Positions 1 to 21,183 of a stretch of 64,000 nt of DNA are shown here, piece after piece. A model generated the notes under the pieces. That model searched no databases. It was not told the DNA's origin and saw nothing but the letters and a program-made list of their open reading frames with translations. The position numbers were made by a program, and so were the translations under genes. Source of the DNA: Spizellomyces punctatus DAOM BR117 (Eukaryota); NCBI GenBank assembly GCA_000182565.2, contig KQ257453.1, one strand, 5' to 3'. The first letter of the stretch is position 1; every line of letters starts with the position of its first letter.

Positions 1-260
1 ACTTAAAATGGTGCATCCGCTTTGCGTTGCCATTGTTCATGTAAAGAATGCCGTATTTTTAGTGAAATGCAGCTATTAAAAGCGCGCGGATAAATGCGGA
101 CAGGTCGTTTTTATACCATCCCGGCAGATAATGTTCTGCAGACGTCAGGAATACTTCCTCTGGAAGTATTTCAACTCCTTTTTGTAGTCATCTCCTCTCT
201 CTTGAAAGACTTCAGACACTTTCGTTTTGGTTTCAGTTACTAGCACTGCTTACCGCCTTA

Positions 261-1067
261 ATGTCTGTCGAAGAACCCAGTATCCACTGCTCCAATCCAT
301 TCCACAGCCTTTCGTATTCCTCCCACTATACACCCCAAGTCCCCACTCACAATGACCCTATTATAAGCCAGCTTCTTTCACATCGGGAACAAATGACCGA
401 CGTCTCTGACGCCGACGAGCAAGAACGGCAACGACGAATGTATACCATGCTCCGCCACTCTCGTAAATATAAAAAGATACAAGTGGAGCTCGCCAACGGG
501 CGATGGGAAAGCAGTAATCAGGAGTCAGCGCAAGTTTCCATTGAAGGGAACGAGATCACAGCAGCATTGCTTCAATTGGGTGATTTGGAAGGTAGCGCAA
601 GAGCAGCGTTTCCTCCACCATCCCTGTTGGAAAGTACGAACCCTTCGGGTCGCGAAAGACAGGCTAGCGGAAACTCTGGTGGCAGCAAAGCAGGAAGCCG
701 CTGGGTCTCGTTTTCAGAGACGGTCGTCGTCATTCGACAACCTCCTGGGCGCATTGCTACAAAGTTGAACGAAAGCGACGAATCGCTTGCCGAGTCTCCT
801 CGTGACAGCCAAAGTACGGAGACGTCAGTAGTGTCGATTTCAAGTGACGCGAGTAGCAATAGCGAGATATCACCCGCGAGCAATGCAAGCAGCAATAGCG
901 ATTCTGAGAAAGTGATAGAACCAGCATCTGGTATCGCCGGCAAACTAGACAATGACCTGTCGAAGCACCCAGCGAGCCACGCTGTTCCAGCAATCAGATC
1001 TGGTCGTCGCAAGAAGTTGCGTTTCAAGGCAATAGCAACCAAACTACTTGGTCGAAAGCGTACTTGA
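261..1067 (+). CDS. Hypothetical Ser-rich low-complexity protein (268 aa)
   Basis: Single 268-aa ATG ORF, Ser-rich, with an RWVSF (RVxF-like) motif and a basic C-terminus. No recognised domain. Confidence 0.45.
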   Translation: MSVEEPSIHCSNPFHSLSYSSHYTPQVPTHNDPIISQLLSHREQMTDVSDADEQERQRRMYTMLRHSRKYKKIQVELANGRWESSNQESAQVSIEGNEITAALLQLGDLEGSARAAFPPPSLLESTNPSGRERQASGNSGGSKAGSRWVSFSETVVVIRQPPGRIATKLNESDESLAESPRDSQSTETSVVSISSDASSNSEISPASNASSNSDSEKVIEPASGIAGKLDNDLSKHPASHAVPAIRSGRRKKLRFKAIATKLLGRKRT

Positions 1068-1516
1068 GCGAATAACATCATTAATGGCCCTAGCCTTTCG
1101 TCATATGTGACTTAGAAGTGTATATAAATGATCTACCTATTGCTGATAGTTTTAACTCTTAATGCTTCATATATCTGGAATAAGTAACTCTCTGTGTTAA
1201 TCTAACGTTGGCTATCGAGTTGATGCCATGGTCCATGGTGATAAACTGCAGAATGGCGAAGAAAATGTCCGGCAAACAATGTTGAACTTTTGAAAGTCAC
1301 GGCTACACTGGCTCGGCCAACTTAATCCAAAATCAACCCAAATTACAAATTGCTAAATATCAAGCGCAAACGAATTCACAATATGGGATATCATAAAAAG
1401 ACTAAATCCACAAAAGAAGGCACGGCCAACCTTTCACCATTCCATGGCAAAAGTACCCCAAAGACACCCACAATAAGCGACACTAGGACCTTCCTTCAAC
1501 TCGATCCGCGTCCTAC

Positions 1517-3016
1517 CTACGAAGCAGATGGCGAAACACTTCCGTTGACCTGAGGACTGTAAGACTGTACATTCTGTGGCGGCCCTGGTGAAGGACTATG
1601 TTCCTGGGTTCCGGTCTGCTGCATTGCATACACCGGATGCCCATGTGCAAGTGTGTGGGGATGTCCATGTGAAATAAAAGCGGTAGCTGGCACACCAACA
1701 GTAGTGGGGACCGCGACGTACGGTATACTGCAAGCGGTAGGATACGCCATATTCGACGCTGCAACATTCGCGGAGGGGGATCCCGTGTAGTGATGCATGT
1801 GATGATTTGGCGATGGTGATGCCGATCCGTAGTGAGCAGACACAGGAACATTCGCCGGCCCAGTTACTGGAGGAGGAGTCGGAGTAGATCCTGCTCCCAC
1901 GCCATTCCCACCTGCTACCACTGCTGCGGCTGCAGCTGCAGCCGCGGCCGCATGGGTAGCGGCCTCAAACTGCAGCTCTTCGGCCGTCATTGGAACTCCA
2001 GTCCGTTTCTTTTCTTCAACGATCAAATGGCGTCGATATGCATCCGCTCGTGTAAAGGACTTCAAAAGACAGACACCAATAAGAAGAAGTTTGACGACAC
2101 GCTGCGGTTGAAATACGCCACATACCAATCCGCATCGATCACATACGAACGCCTTCTGCTTCTGATGTGTAGATCGCAAATGCCGCTGCAAATCATGTCG
2201 GCGCGCGAACGACATCGCGCAATGATCGCACTGAAACGGCCGGTTGTCTTTGAATTTCAGAAGAAGAATATCCACGTCACTTCACGGAACAAAAATAGGT
2301 CCAACGCGACGTTCAGAAAACTTACTTGTATGCACAAGTACATGAGACTTCAGATTGTACAGCCGGTTACACACTTTCGCACAGCCAGGGTACGCGCATC
2401 GAAACATCTTCCGTGTCTTTCCAGTTCGCTCATCTCTCACTTCCGTTATGATGGCAAAATTTGGGTCTTCCGGATCTGGGACTGCTTTCATGGTTGTCGA
2501 CGGCTTAGGCTTCATATTGCTTGGAAACCGCGCTACATTGCCACCTGTCGCATTACTTATGATTGGCTGTCCTTCGATGTTAGTTGATGAAGATGATGCT
2601 TGCTGTTCTGTAGACGGTGGTGGGGTTGAAGTAGAGGGAATGGACGGGGGTACAACTTCAGATGACCCTGGACTTGGCGATCTTGAGGAGCGGCGTTCGG
2701 GTGGGGAATATGTTGGATGTTGATTTGAAACTGCATGCCAGTGGGGCGGTGTGGGACCAGTCGCAGAGGTCACTGGTGTCCCAGGTGCAGCGAATCCAGA
2801 ATGCCAATGGTGTTGTTGTGGCTCGTGCGGATGCTGTTGATGTTGCTGCAAATGTTGGACAGCCGCCTGCACGGCAGCTTGAAAGGTCGGCGGAGGGTGC
2901 GTAGATGGGGAATGTACCGTGCCATCAAAAGAAGGATGCCAGCTATGTTGCTGGACCTGATACTCGGAGGCTTGTAATGGAGGAAGTCGCTGACCGCTTT
3001 CTGGTGGCGATGGCAC
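1517..3016 (-). CDS. C2H2 zinc-finger transcription factor (about 3 exons)
   Basis: FRCAYPGCAKVCNRLYNLKSHVLVHT, RPFQCDHCAMSFARRHDLQRHLRSTH and FVCDRCG..SFTRADAYRRH, joined across short GT-AG introns near 2250-2325 and 2060-2125. Flanks are Q/H/P/A-rich. Confidence 0.85.
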
Positions 3017-4281
3017 CGAAGACGGCTGTTGTGGAGGGTGTGGGGAAGACTCGCCCAGTGCGGGTGTGGGAGGGAGTGGCGAAACCGATACTGTGGGCTG
3101 TTGTGCTGGGTGATCGGACGTGTATCGCCCATCGTTTACGTCGGGCTAATGAGAAACCAAGTGGAAAGTTCAGCCAACGAGATACTACTATTACATCCAA
3201 TAAGCCCATTACAGTAAAGCTTCAATGCCTATATGAAAAGTTTTCATATCGCGTTCACACCATAAACCACCTTCTATCTGCTCCCCAGACGAGTCCTTCA
3301 CACTCTATCACACTCACCTGCGCCCCAGGCCCAGAAGGGGATCCTACAGCCTCAAGCTTTACAGCATTTTCAGAAGCACTCATCTCCTTGAAAAAGACTT
3401 CTTGATGTCAAGCAACCGTTGACGGAATGGGTCACACGTTCGCCTACGGTGCCCCTCGTGTAGCGGATGGCAACTTGCGTGATTGAAACCGAAAAGGTGG
3501 AAAAACGCTCCGCAAAATAAACGTTCTTCTCCTCTCCACTCCCAGACACCAGACAAGATGGCTAGAGCGTGTCTATCTGTTCTGGATGAAGCAGCGTTGT
3601 GCCACGCCAACTAGCCACGACCGAGGAGATTTCTCGTCCTGTTGTCACAAGCTTACATCCACCAACGACACTAACCGACCTTCGTCTGCGGCCAATGCAA
3701 AGTGGTCGAAGCCGGCTGCTGGATACGGGACCAATCAGTAGCAGGAGATGGTCGTCGTCGTCGTCGTCGTCCAGCTGCTGATTTACTTTCCGCCCCTTTA
3801 AAACCCAACACAAATTCGAATGCGGGTTGCTGGGCGCAGCGAGATCTTTTGTATCCAAATTTGGTTAAATTACAAGAGAACGCGCGACTAAGACCGAAAT
3901 CGAGACTGCGAAATGGAAAGATGGAAATTCACAACGAGACTTTGAAGGTTGCTACTGCGGCGATGTTATTTTGGATTTCAAAAACGTCAACCAGCAAACA
4001 GTCAGCGGCCACGAGTTACATTTTCTACACAGCCTCCAAGAGATCAACTTCCTCGAAAGAAAACATTTTTACATTAAGAAAAAAGAAAACAGGGCCCGCA
4101 AACATTAGCATACGCCAAATGTACATGGGACATCCGGATAGAGATTTCCCACAGCATCGTCCAATCAGGAATGATACAACACTGCTCCACCACTTGAATG
4201 ATTGGGGATCAAATCAAATCTTTTCGCACACCTTGCGTCAAGTATACAAAAACATTCACAAAACTGAAAATCAAAGCACAT

Positions 4282-6376
4282 TTAAGATGCCACTGTAAAG
4301 CAAGGTCAGTACAATGCAATATTGCGACATATCGAAACATGGCACATACTGTATGTGGACACATCAATTTGATCTGGCAACTCTGTAATGTTGACCTCGA
4401 ATCGTCCTTGAACGTCGTTGAGCACGTTTGAGTCTTCCTGCGAGGATACAAAGGTGACCGCCAGACCCTTGGTACCGAAACGTCCTGCACGACCGACCTA
4501 TGACAGAGTGTCAATTGCCGTACAACCAGAAAATGGCCCAAAATTGTCAAAATTCGCACCCTGTGCAAGTAAGAGTCGGGGCTGTCAGGCATGTCGTAAT
4601 TGATTACAATGTTGACACGCTCAATGTCAATTCCTCGACCGAAAATGTCAGTGGCGACCATAATCCGCTTGTTGAACTCTTTGAAGCTCTTGTACCGGTT
4701 GATACTATGAGAAGTGTAACTCATCAGTCACTGACAAATTAAATTGATTTTCAGTTTCACTCACCGCTCCTCCTGAGGCATCTGCGAGTGAATCGTGATG
4801 GACGGGAAGTTGCACTCGTTCAACAGCTTGTTCAACTCAACCGCTCGTTGCACGGACTTGACGAAAATGCAGACTTGGTTGAATTCTAGACTGTCTAGCA
4901 GTTCATTCAATTTGCGGTTCTTCTCGTTTTCATTTAGCTTGACATAGTATTGTTGAAGACCGTGAAGAGTCAACTTAGTTTCATCATCAACGTAGATCTC
5001 GAGAGGCTATTAAAGTAAGAGATAAACCCAACCAGGCGAGAGAATAGGCGTAGAAAGGAAGTTTGGTCAGGAACGTAATCGTTGGCACTAAAACGACTTG
5101 GTGAAGCGACTCCCAGCAACTTGACACCGGTCGGTACACAGCACGGCCGTTCCCTACTTCGTCAACCAGTTGTGAACAATGACAAGTGACGGCACGATGC
5201 AGCTTAACCCTGCAATTGCAGAAGGATGGAAAGCACACGGCCATTCTCGCAGGGAAGGCACGTACAGCGCAGGGGTATAGGGAGGCTGGGACTCGCTTGC
5301 ACTAGTCTTGAATCGAACGGAAGGACAAAATAGCTTACGTTTTGCATGAACTTCTTGCACACGGGTCGCACGTCCTTGCTGAGCGTCGCACTGTACATCA
5401 TGACCTGCTTGTGATGAGGAGTGGCCCGGAAAATCTCCTGAACGTCGCGGCGCATGTCTAGTATATGAAGAAATTGGTACCGTCAGACAATATTCATCAC
5501 ATCCATCAAACAATAGAGACGACAATTGAAGCTGTTTCAGAATGAACTTAATCTCAAAAGCAACCGACATTAGGTGCCGGAGCTTCGAAGAGCTGGGTTT
5601 AAGAGCACACTGTTTCATCGCTACAGCTCCGCCATCGTCAATATTGTCTTTCGGTAATGGATACTTACCAAGTTGCTCAAGCATCTTATCACATTCATCC
5701 AGAATAAAGTGTTTCACATTCTTGAGGTTGAGCAGCTTATCCCGAATAAGACCAAGGATACGTCCAGGTGTTCCAACAATGATTTGAGGCTTGTCGTTAC
5801 GGAGTGTCTCCTGATTCTGTTTCATGGGCAGTCCACCGTAGAACACCGCTGTTTTCACATCGGGCATGTACTTTGAAAACCGAGTGAACTCATTTCGGAT
5901 TTGGTATGCCAATTCACGGGTGTGACACAACACGATAACCGAAGGATCTCCACTTGCATTCGACTCAAGTTGCTGCAAAGACGCCAGCACAAAGACGGCG
6001 GTTTTACCCATACCACTTTTCGCTTGACAGAGGACGTCCATCCCCAAAATTGCTTGAGGAATGCACTCTTGTTGCACTACAATAAAGGTGTCATTCAAAC
6101 CGTCAAAAATTACAGTAACTATTGGCCTGTACCTTCTGAGGGATGCTCAAAACCGCAATCGACGATAGCACGCAAAAGTTCTGGCTTCAAAAGAAAATCC
6201 CTGAACCCAGTAGCGTGAATACCGACATATGAACCCTTCTTTGTCTCCTTGTCAGCGCCATCCGCCCCGCCAGCACCAGCAAGCTCTTTGCCGTTGGCAG
6301 CCGGGACGGGGGCCTCGGGTTGCACTGTCTCCTCCTCCTCTTCGTAGTCAATAAGATCGTCCTGGGGTTCAGCCAT
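4282..6376 (-). CDS. SUB2: DECD-box RNA helicase Sub2/UAP56 (multi-exon)
   Basis: [82 protein letters not shown]. Last exon inferred as STY/MAS-stop. Confidence 0.96.
5528..5630 (-). ncRNA. Candidate intronic box C/D snoRNA (snR69-like guide) in a SUB2 intron
   Basis: Minus strand has terminal stem AGCTGT/ACAGCT, box C-like GCGATGA and box D CTGA. A 12-nt guide TAAACCCAGCTC, complementary to LSU rRNA GAGCTGGGTTTA, precedes a D'-like TCGA. Confidence 0.65.
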
Positions 6377-6942
6377 GGTGATAACTGGAAGCAGGATGGG
6401 CGGCGGAGGGAGAGTGAGTATGATGCACCGCAAAAGACGATATTGCCGCCATGTCCTATCTGACTGTGTTGATATGGCCCTTTGCGAACGACAGCCGGAA
6501 TTCCGATAGCCCTAGTACATTCATAATCCCTTTGCATGTTGTCTCAATTCCATGGAGCATGCGGCCAACATGCACTGCAATCGGTCCACGCCAGTACCAT
6601 CATGTCCCAGAGCCAGAAGAACAGGGTTGTCCAATCGATGCGCCTGAAACGACTGCGCAGTGCTGCCACAATGAGTAGCCTCAGGTAATGGGGGCCAGTA
6701 CATCCGGATGAAAACAGTCCCCAGCGTTCGTGGACGTTCCGCAAACCACCGTCCCTTCAAGCACGACGAAATTCCCATTGCCACATTCGCCACATCGCCG
6801 GATCGGCTGCATCGCGAATTCCATCGGAGAGTACCCACCTTCTAACTTTTGTGGGTGGATCGGGGGATTTGGGTGCGATACAGACGAGCGCAAATAAGCC
6901 AATGGATTGATGCAAGGATGAAGCTCGCGGTGAAAGCCGACG

Positions 6943-6971
6943 GGTGGATGGATGGATGGATGGATGGATGG
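6943..6971. repeat. (GGAT)n microsatellite
   Basis: ggatggatggatggatggatggatgg. Confidence 0.8.
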
Positions 6972-7330
6972 GCGATGCCGACCAAGTTTACAAGCTTTCA
7001 CCTGCGACAGGGGATTCGCGCTGGTGGAGGACGACTGCGCGTATTCCTCCTAGAGGCGCAGTTTTACAAAGTGCACAACTGTGCCACTACGTCGTCGTCG
7101 ATATTCGTAACCCCAATACATTAATCTCATACAAAACCCTTTCATTCCTCCAACATTCATACAACGATAACTCCAAAGAAACAAGTAGCAAATCATTAAT
7201 CCAAGTAGAGTGAAAGCAGACAGCAAAGCCAACGACATGCCCAAATAAAACAGAAAAAAAGACAACAAGGACAAAGCATGCATTGTCCAGGTGGAAACTG
7301 CGTACAGACAGAGTTCATCGTATCATTTCG

Positions 7331-10406
<3,076 letters not shown>

Positions 10407-13197
10407 GATTTGGGTGAATGTGAGCGGATGAGGGGGAGCGAGTGGAAGGTCGTGGCTCCTGAAATGAGTATGGTTGGCCATGAGCAATGGCCAAAACTGC
10501 TCACTGCAAACTCCATACGTACTTTCACAAGAGCACAGGACCGAAAGTTCTCCAGAGTACGTCAAAAAAAGGGTCCTCTCCTACTACAATATATCGAAGA
10601 TGAAAGATAAATAAATCAATAATGCAGAGGGAAGACCAAAGTTCACTAGTGCATACAATGGCGAAGTGTGCAACGCTGGCCGCAATAAAGGTGTTCCTTT
10701 TCCAATGAATGGCTTTCCTCTGTAACCCCTCGACAGAAACCCGACGTACGAGTGAATGTGAAGCTCTTGTGAGTCCGTAAACCAATGGTGAAGCGCAGGT
10801 GAGTTAACCTGCCGATGCGTCGGAAAAAACCAATGGAGAAAAAAAAGTAAATGCAGATCGACAGCGGTGGTTTGTCACAACGGCTTGGCTGCAAGCGCCT
10901 GTCGGTGGAAGGGCTGTTGGAATTTGTTTTTATCCATAAAGGGATAGATTACGTGTTCGGATGCCATCCATTTTGGGTTAAATGAGTGCCGCGTGTTAGG
11001 TAATCGATCGGGACCAATGGCCACTCTTTAGCGATAGCGATGAGCTTTGAACTCCATCTTAGGAATACATGCAACCGACTGTCACTGTGGGGTATGCTGA
11101 AATTGGCAAGAAATGGGGCAACGTAATGGAATGCATAGGTGTATTTAGAGAAATGTTCATCAAAACTGGCGACGCTGAAGTATGGTGATAGGCTCAATCA
11201 AAGACAAAAGTGTCGTTCCCGTCGCTCTCACTGTGAAATCCATGAGTTGTGGTGGACCAGATGCCAAAGAGATACATTAGCTGCTTTATAATGGTCACTC
11301 ATGTCGGACCTCACCTTTCGTGTCACATCGTCTCCCTATTGGATGGTGGGGCTAACCCAATCAACGTTTTCTTTTGGATGCCGCAGTATAGCAACATTGG
11401 ATCGCATGACTGAGCTCGCCGCCCATGTTTTGATACAATGGTCACTCTAATGCTGATCATATCTTGTTGAACTGCACCTTTTAATCCTTCCATATCGTCC
11501 AGTCTGTAAACTTACAGCTAGTCAAACATTGGAGATTGTAGGATCGAGAAATTTGAATTCCCCAATCAACGATGTCAGAGTCTGCCAGAGGACTGAGATT
11601 CATTGCGAAGAGATCCATTTGGCACCTCTGGACCACCAATGCTAATAGTCCTCCAGCAGTGCATTATGTCGGGTGTGGTACAAGTCAAGAAGGATTGCCG
11701 GCCTATTTTGTTTCGAATTCGTTGAAATACCGGGATTTGGTGCCATTTCCGTTACTGTACATGGTGTGATCTCACGTGCGGAACAGGGTTATTGGAGCAG
11801 CAGATTCAGCTGGACACCCATCACCTCACCCACATATTAGCTACTCGCAGCAACTGTTTTCCACCTGCACTGTCTTCACTTTTGTTTAAAGAGTCATCCC
11901 TCGTAAATACGTGCAAATACTCAAAATCACGGCCTGGTCCCTGCTCAGAACATGAAAGCGTAAAACATCTGAGCAAAGTCATGTACTGGTTCTTCTTGCT
12001 CGGTCGCAGCAGATGCCCAGCGGAGACCGTAGCGCCATGACACGGACTGTCCGATATCAATCTTCTGTTGCGGGAATATTTCCAATAGCAGATTGATGAA
12101 TTTAGAAGCTACGCCTTTTTTGTCGTCATGCCTCATGGCAACCATACTCCTAGTATCAAAGATAACAGGTAGGCCAGGATACAGAGATGTATGGGGGTAC
12201 AGTTCTCAATTTTTTGGGGAACTCTCCTAGGCGGTGTCATACTAACAACATGGTTGGGACGCTTGGTCATTAATACCATCAATGAAATCAAACCCATTCG
12301 CTGTTGCTTCCTTGGCTCTCACAGCTTCCTTAAGAGCTGGTACAAGAATATTTAAGTCAACACATCCGAGATGGTCATCAACGTTTTCAAATCAGTACCA
12401 ACGTGTTCAACTCTGCAGCCCAAAGCCGCGGCGGTTTTCCATTATCGTGACCTGCTGCTTCCGGTTTTAAACCTTACTGCTAAGAATTATGTTGATGCAA
12501 GTACAAAAGTGCAAACATCTGACAAAAGGACGTTGGAGACTCAGCCTGTAGCCCAACGCTTTTGTGTTGTTGCCCCCAACGGGGACGGGATGTCAGCCTC
12601 ACATGAGATGAGGCTTAGCCCACAAAGCCAAAACGCGGAAGATGGCCGCAGAGGTTGACCTTGGTCCGGATGCCATCGACCTCCAACCATTTTTGGTCCC
12701 CCATTAGCAGCCAATTCCTTCCACAACACCTGCCACGGATCCTACTGACGCCATACTTGAACCCGTTTGGAGCAAGTCTGGTCGTAGTGTAGGTTGTAAA
12801 GACATTCCACAGGCTCATTATGGTGCCAAAAAGTATTCACCATGCCGTTGGTCATATTTTAGACTTCCTTTTTCTCGAAGGAACTAAAGGATCCCAACCG
12901 GATCGTTTTCATACATATCCTGACAGCCCGGTGCGCCTTGTGAGAAGGATTGGCCGGTTGGTTTTCTTTGCTTTGAGAGATGCCCTAGATTCCCAAGACC
13001 TGGCTGCTATACTGACATTGTAATTCCTCTTGTTCACTTAGAAGGTCCCCTGTCGGTAAACGTAACAGAAGAATCAATTTTAACTGGGCATCTATTTTAC
13101 AAGTTTCGCTTGGCCGTTGCGCCAAGTAGTTCGTCATGGTGAGAATCTTATGCCCCTGCCAGCAGCCGTCGTTAGCACGTTGTATCAAGCAGAGAGA

Positions 13198-17008
<3,811 letters not shown>

Positions 17009-17532
17009 TGCATTCGGCTTCAAGCTGATGCCATCAGGTCATGGTGGTGTATGTACGACTAGTGCGGTGTACATGGATGGGTGGGGCTGCGCCATCACGA
17101 TGCGGAAGCGATTACAATTGGACGTTTTATTCTTTTTTCTTTTTTTTGTAGCTCATGTCATCAAGTAAAGATATATGGAATGTTGAATAATCAACAGGAT
17201 TGCAGCCAACAGCGTGGTCTGCTCTCGTCACACGTCTCAGCTATTTAAGTTTTTTGAGTAAACATGGTAGCATTTACTTTGCCTGATTCCGGACTATGTG
17301 ACCAGGATGTTTGGTCGTGGTTGGAAGGACAGCTGAATTCATGTGGCTGCCGTTTAACAGATCCGTCGAGATGTAGATATGATTACGGATTAACTGAACT
17401 ATGCGATCATCATCTTCTTTTCAACGTACAGCTAAGTTAGTTAACAAAGGATTTCCCCATCCCAGCTCCACCTTATGCACCCCCACATTCCCTTCCCCAA
17501 TCCCACACTCTCTCGTAGACTTCTTCGCTCGT

Positions 17533-20500
17533 TCACCTATACTGCTCCTCCTCATCACTGCCGTAGTGTGAATGATGCCCACTGCCATGCGAATATTGTT
17601 CTTGGTGTGGGTTTTCGGGATAATCAAACTGTTGTGCGCTCATGCGTTTTGACAACTGGGCGACAACATGATCATACACTGGCTGATGCGGGACGTATGA
17701 GGCACGCCTTGAACCGTGGGAAGCATTGCTTCCGTGACGGATCAATGGTTGAGCTGGCTCCAAGTACTCTCCGTGATTGCTCACGTAAGATTGAGGGAGG
17801 GGAACATTGGGATGATGGTGACGAGGGGAGAACGCTGGCGACATGACTTCCACATCCCCGGGAGGTAGGGATGCTCCAAGCCAGCTGGGACGCATTTCTT
17901 GGATGTCCTCAACAGGAAATTCGTATGCCCGCTGGGAGGGAGCTCTTGATCGGTTTGGTTCTCGGTGTTCAAGGTGCGACGGGGACGAGAAGGATTCCTC
18001 ATAGTTGGGTGGAAGGCTGCTGAGGCTTGGATACATTCCATCTGGTCCTTCTGCGGTCTTCCTGTCTCTTGGCGACTCCAGCTCGTCCATGCGACTGGAT
18101 TTCTCAATCCTCACGTCTGTATTCGGTGCCTTGGGAGTGGTCCATTTGATCTGTCCAGCTTCCACATCATCCTCGCCCTTTCCTTTAGCCTGTTTGCCTT
18201 TGCTTTTCTTATCCTTTTTACCACCCTTCTTACCACCCTTTTTCTTGTCGCCTTTGGGTTTGGTGGCATCCCTGTCCGCGAGCATATTGGCAGCCGAGAT
18301 GAAGATCGGAACGGACATTGCACCCACTGAGCCAAGTATGAAGAAACCGAACCAAATAGCGTCCAGTCCGGTCAACAATCCGTCACACACAGCCATTTGG
18401 ATATCCACAGTATCCTTTGCTACTTCTTTACAATTACTTGAGTCACCGTATATGATGTTTTGGGCTGTATTGACCGTTGCTCTCATAGTGTCCTTTAGGT
18501 CTGGAATCGAGGCGTTAATGGCCTGAGTTTGATTGTTCACATACGTCCCGATATTGGTTTTCAGTGTGCTGAACGCGCTTGCGATGGTACTTGAAATATT
18601 CACCATTGTAATTACGGTGGACTTCATAGTGTTGTACGAATTTTGGATAGATGTGGAGGTAGTGAGAGATACACTCAGTGATGAATTGAACCCCAGGAAC
18701 TGGTTTCTCAGAGCAACTACTTCTGCTGCCAGTGCGTCGAGAGCTGCATTATCTGCCGTGTAGTTGGTGTTTATGTCGGATGCAACGAACACTCGGTAGC
18801 CATCAGGTCCAGCAGTTCCGTTTCCTTGAAGCTGGTCAATGGCAAGCCCGATGGCCTGTTGTAAAAGCACTACAGCGTCCTTCATGGTAGATATGGCAGT
18901 AAGGTTGTACTGATTCACTTGAGTTTCAGCAGCACCAGCGTTCGACGAGGCCGATGATGGGTCCTGCATACTACCGATGATCGAACTATGCAGCAACGCG
19001 GATTATACGTAAGTAAGAATGTAAGAGTCTCTTGAGAAGACCATTGTAACTCACTCCACATCCAAAGAACTGAGGGCGCTGGAGAAATTCATCGAATCTA
19101 TTTGCTGGTTGGCGCTATCCGCCACATCTGGCAATGTAACGAACATCTGAACAACGTCAATCGTAGCCGTTCCTTGCAAGCAGGCATCACGAGCATTGAA
19201 TGCTTTGCTGATCATGTCGCTAGAGCCCGTCATATTCCCCATAAACGACACCAGGGGTGACTGCCCGCCATCTGAACGGTCGAATGCAACAGTGCATGCT
19301 AGTCGATTAATGGCAATGATAAGCACGAAGTCACACTCATGACACAGACCGCAGAGAAGGACCCACCTTCGCCAAAAAGAATACTAATGATCACGAACAA
19401 CATTGTCAGGAAAAGTGCCAACAGTGTATACGGGATGGAGCCGCACAGACAGCCCTTGACAAGTCCTGGTCTTCGACCACCGACTCCTCCTGTCATGAAT
19501 ATCAAAATAACGGCAGGCAATCCAAACAGGACAAAGAACGCAATACGTCTGTAGAACATTGCTCGGTTAATAAAGTAGAAGCTCTCAGTTGATGGCACAC
19601 AGTACACGCACCTGTAAAGTTCATACTTCATGATTTTTAACATCCAATCGTTCGCAGTGGCCTGGTACTCGTTGCTCTTCTGTCCAATATCATCAAATGT
19701 GACGCTTACATCGGCTTTTATGGAAGCCAGTTCAGATTTTGTTTGATTTTTAACATCTGAAGTCAGTGAATATGATTAGTTTCTAAACAATCATAAGGGG
19801 CAATTCATACGGTAACTACCGTTCAAAGCTGGCGTTTGAATGGACTTGACTCTGCCTGGAAGATCACCACCGATGCTCAAGGCTTCCGCGGCGATATCAG
19901 ACAGCTCAGGTATACCACTCAATGCGTTAGTTACGAGGGAAACCGCATCTTCAGTACCCGCAACTTGGCCTCGTTGATTATTGAGTTCGCTACAATCAGG
20001 TTCTGGTGCGTTTGGATCGCGAGTCCATTTATATGCGTAGTTGGAATTGCCTGGTACCGGCTGCCAATTACGGGATAAATCATCCATCTTGTTCGAGGCG
20101 ATAGTGATGTTGGTGATCAGCTGGGATAGAAGCCCGGTTGCGGGAGCCGTTAACAAGTTTTTGAAACTTTCGATACTGGAGGCTTCCAATGTAAGCAAAT
20201 TCTTCTTGTTATCCAGGGCGGTACAGTTGGCTGCTAGTTGAATAATCTGGTCCGAAATATTTTGGAGAGGCGCAACATCAATCAAGTTTGCTGCACGATC
20301 GGTAAGATTGTTGATGCCAGAATCCAGTGTGTCGAAGACGTCCCCCAAGCGTACTTGAAAGTTGGCGACAATGCCGTCAGCATCTTCAAATGTTCGATTT
20401 GCGGTTTCATCAAGGATCACCATAGCTCTATGGAAGTATTCACTGCCACGCATTCCACCAATTACAGCAGCACTACAGTAGCAACATATATAAGCCGCCA

Positions 20501-21183
20501 AGTTACTTGAAAAATGATGAAGTGTTACTTACGTCCAACAGAAGTATACGAAGAAGAGCATGAAGCCAGCAACTGTCCTTTGTCTCGTTGTAAAGGGATC
20601 CCTTTGACGGCGAGCCAGACGCTGTTTACGGCAGGTGCAAAGACAACATCCAGCACAGCAGTTGGCGATAAAAGTCAGGAGAAGTGATCCAAGAAAACAA
20701 ATTATCGGCTGTAATATGGACGTTATGTCAACGCTGCTACCGTGAATATCTGGAAGCATCATTTGTACTCACAATGCAATACATAAGAGTCTTCTGTCCA
20801 TCAAATGTGAACGAGCCATTCTGCACTTGTGGAAGGGGAATATGCTGCTGCCCATTACGAAGATTAACTCGAGTAAGTCGGGCAAGATTGGTCCAAATCC
20901 AAAGCCCCCCAGCGGGTTTTGAAAGTTCAGCGTAATAATGGGACTGGTTTGCACCAGAATCGGCCGTGTTGATTCCTTCGAATCCGCGGCGGGAGAGTTG
21001 CACATGTTGCAAGTCTCGGTATAGGGTATCTGAGCACACACCATAAGAGTCAAGCTAAGGCCACCATTGCAAGTACATTCCCACCATACCTGACTGTAGC
21101 GAAGCGTAGGTATCCGGCAAATTGCTTAATATTCCAGATAGCACAAAAATTGCTGAAGCAAGGGTTGGAAATGTAGTGCGCAT
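17533..21183 (-). CDS. Prominin-like multi-pass membrane protein (multi-exon)
   Basis: Signal peptide MRTTFPTLASAIFVLSG. First TM followed by a Cys cluster (NCCAGCCLCTC). Two large helical loops separated by TM pairs. Last TM is preceded by VCDGLLTGLDAIWFG. Lys-rich cytoplasmic tail. Confidence 0.6.

Noticed and set aside
10900-13100. Possible decayed gene or TE between RSP5 and PKC1
   Set aside because: Only short broken ORFs with no recognisable motif or terminal repeats. It cannot be supported without a homology search.
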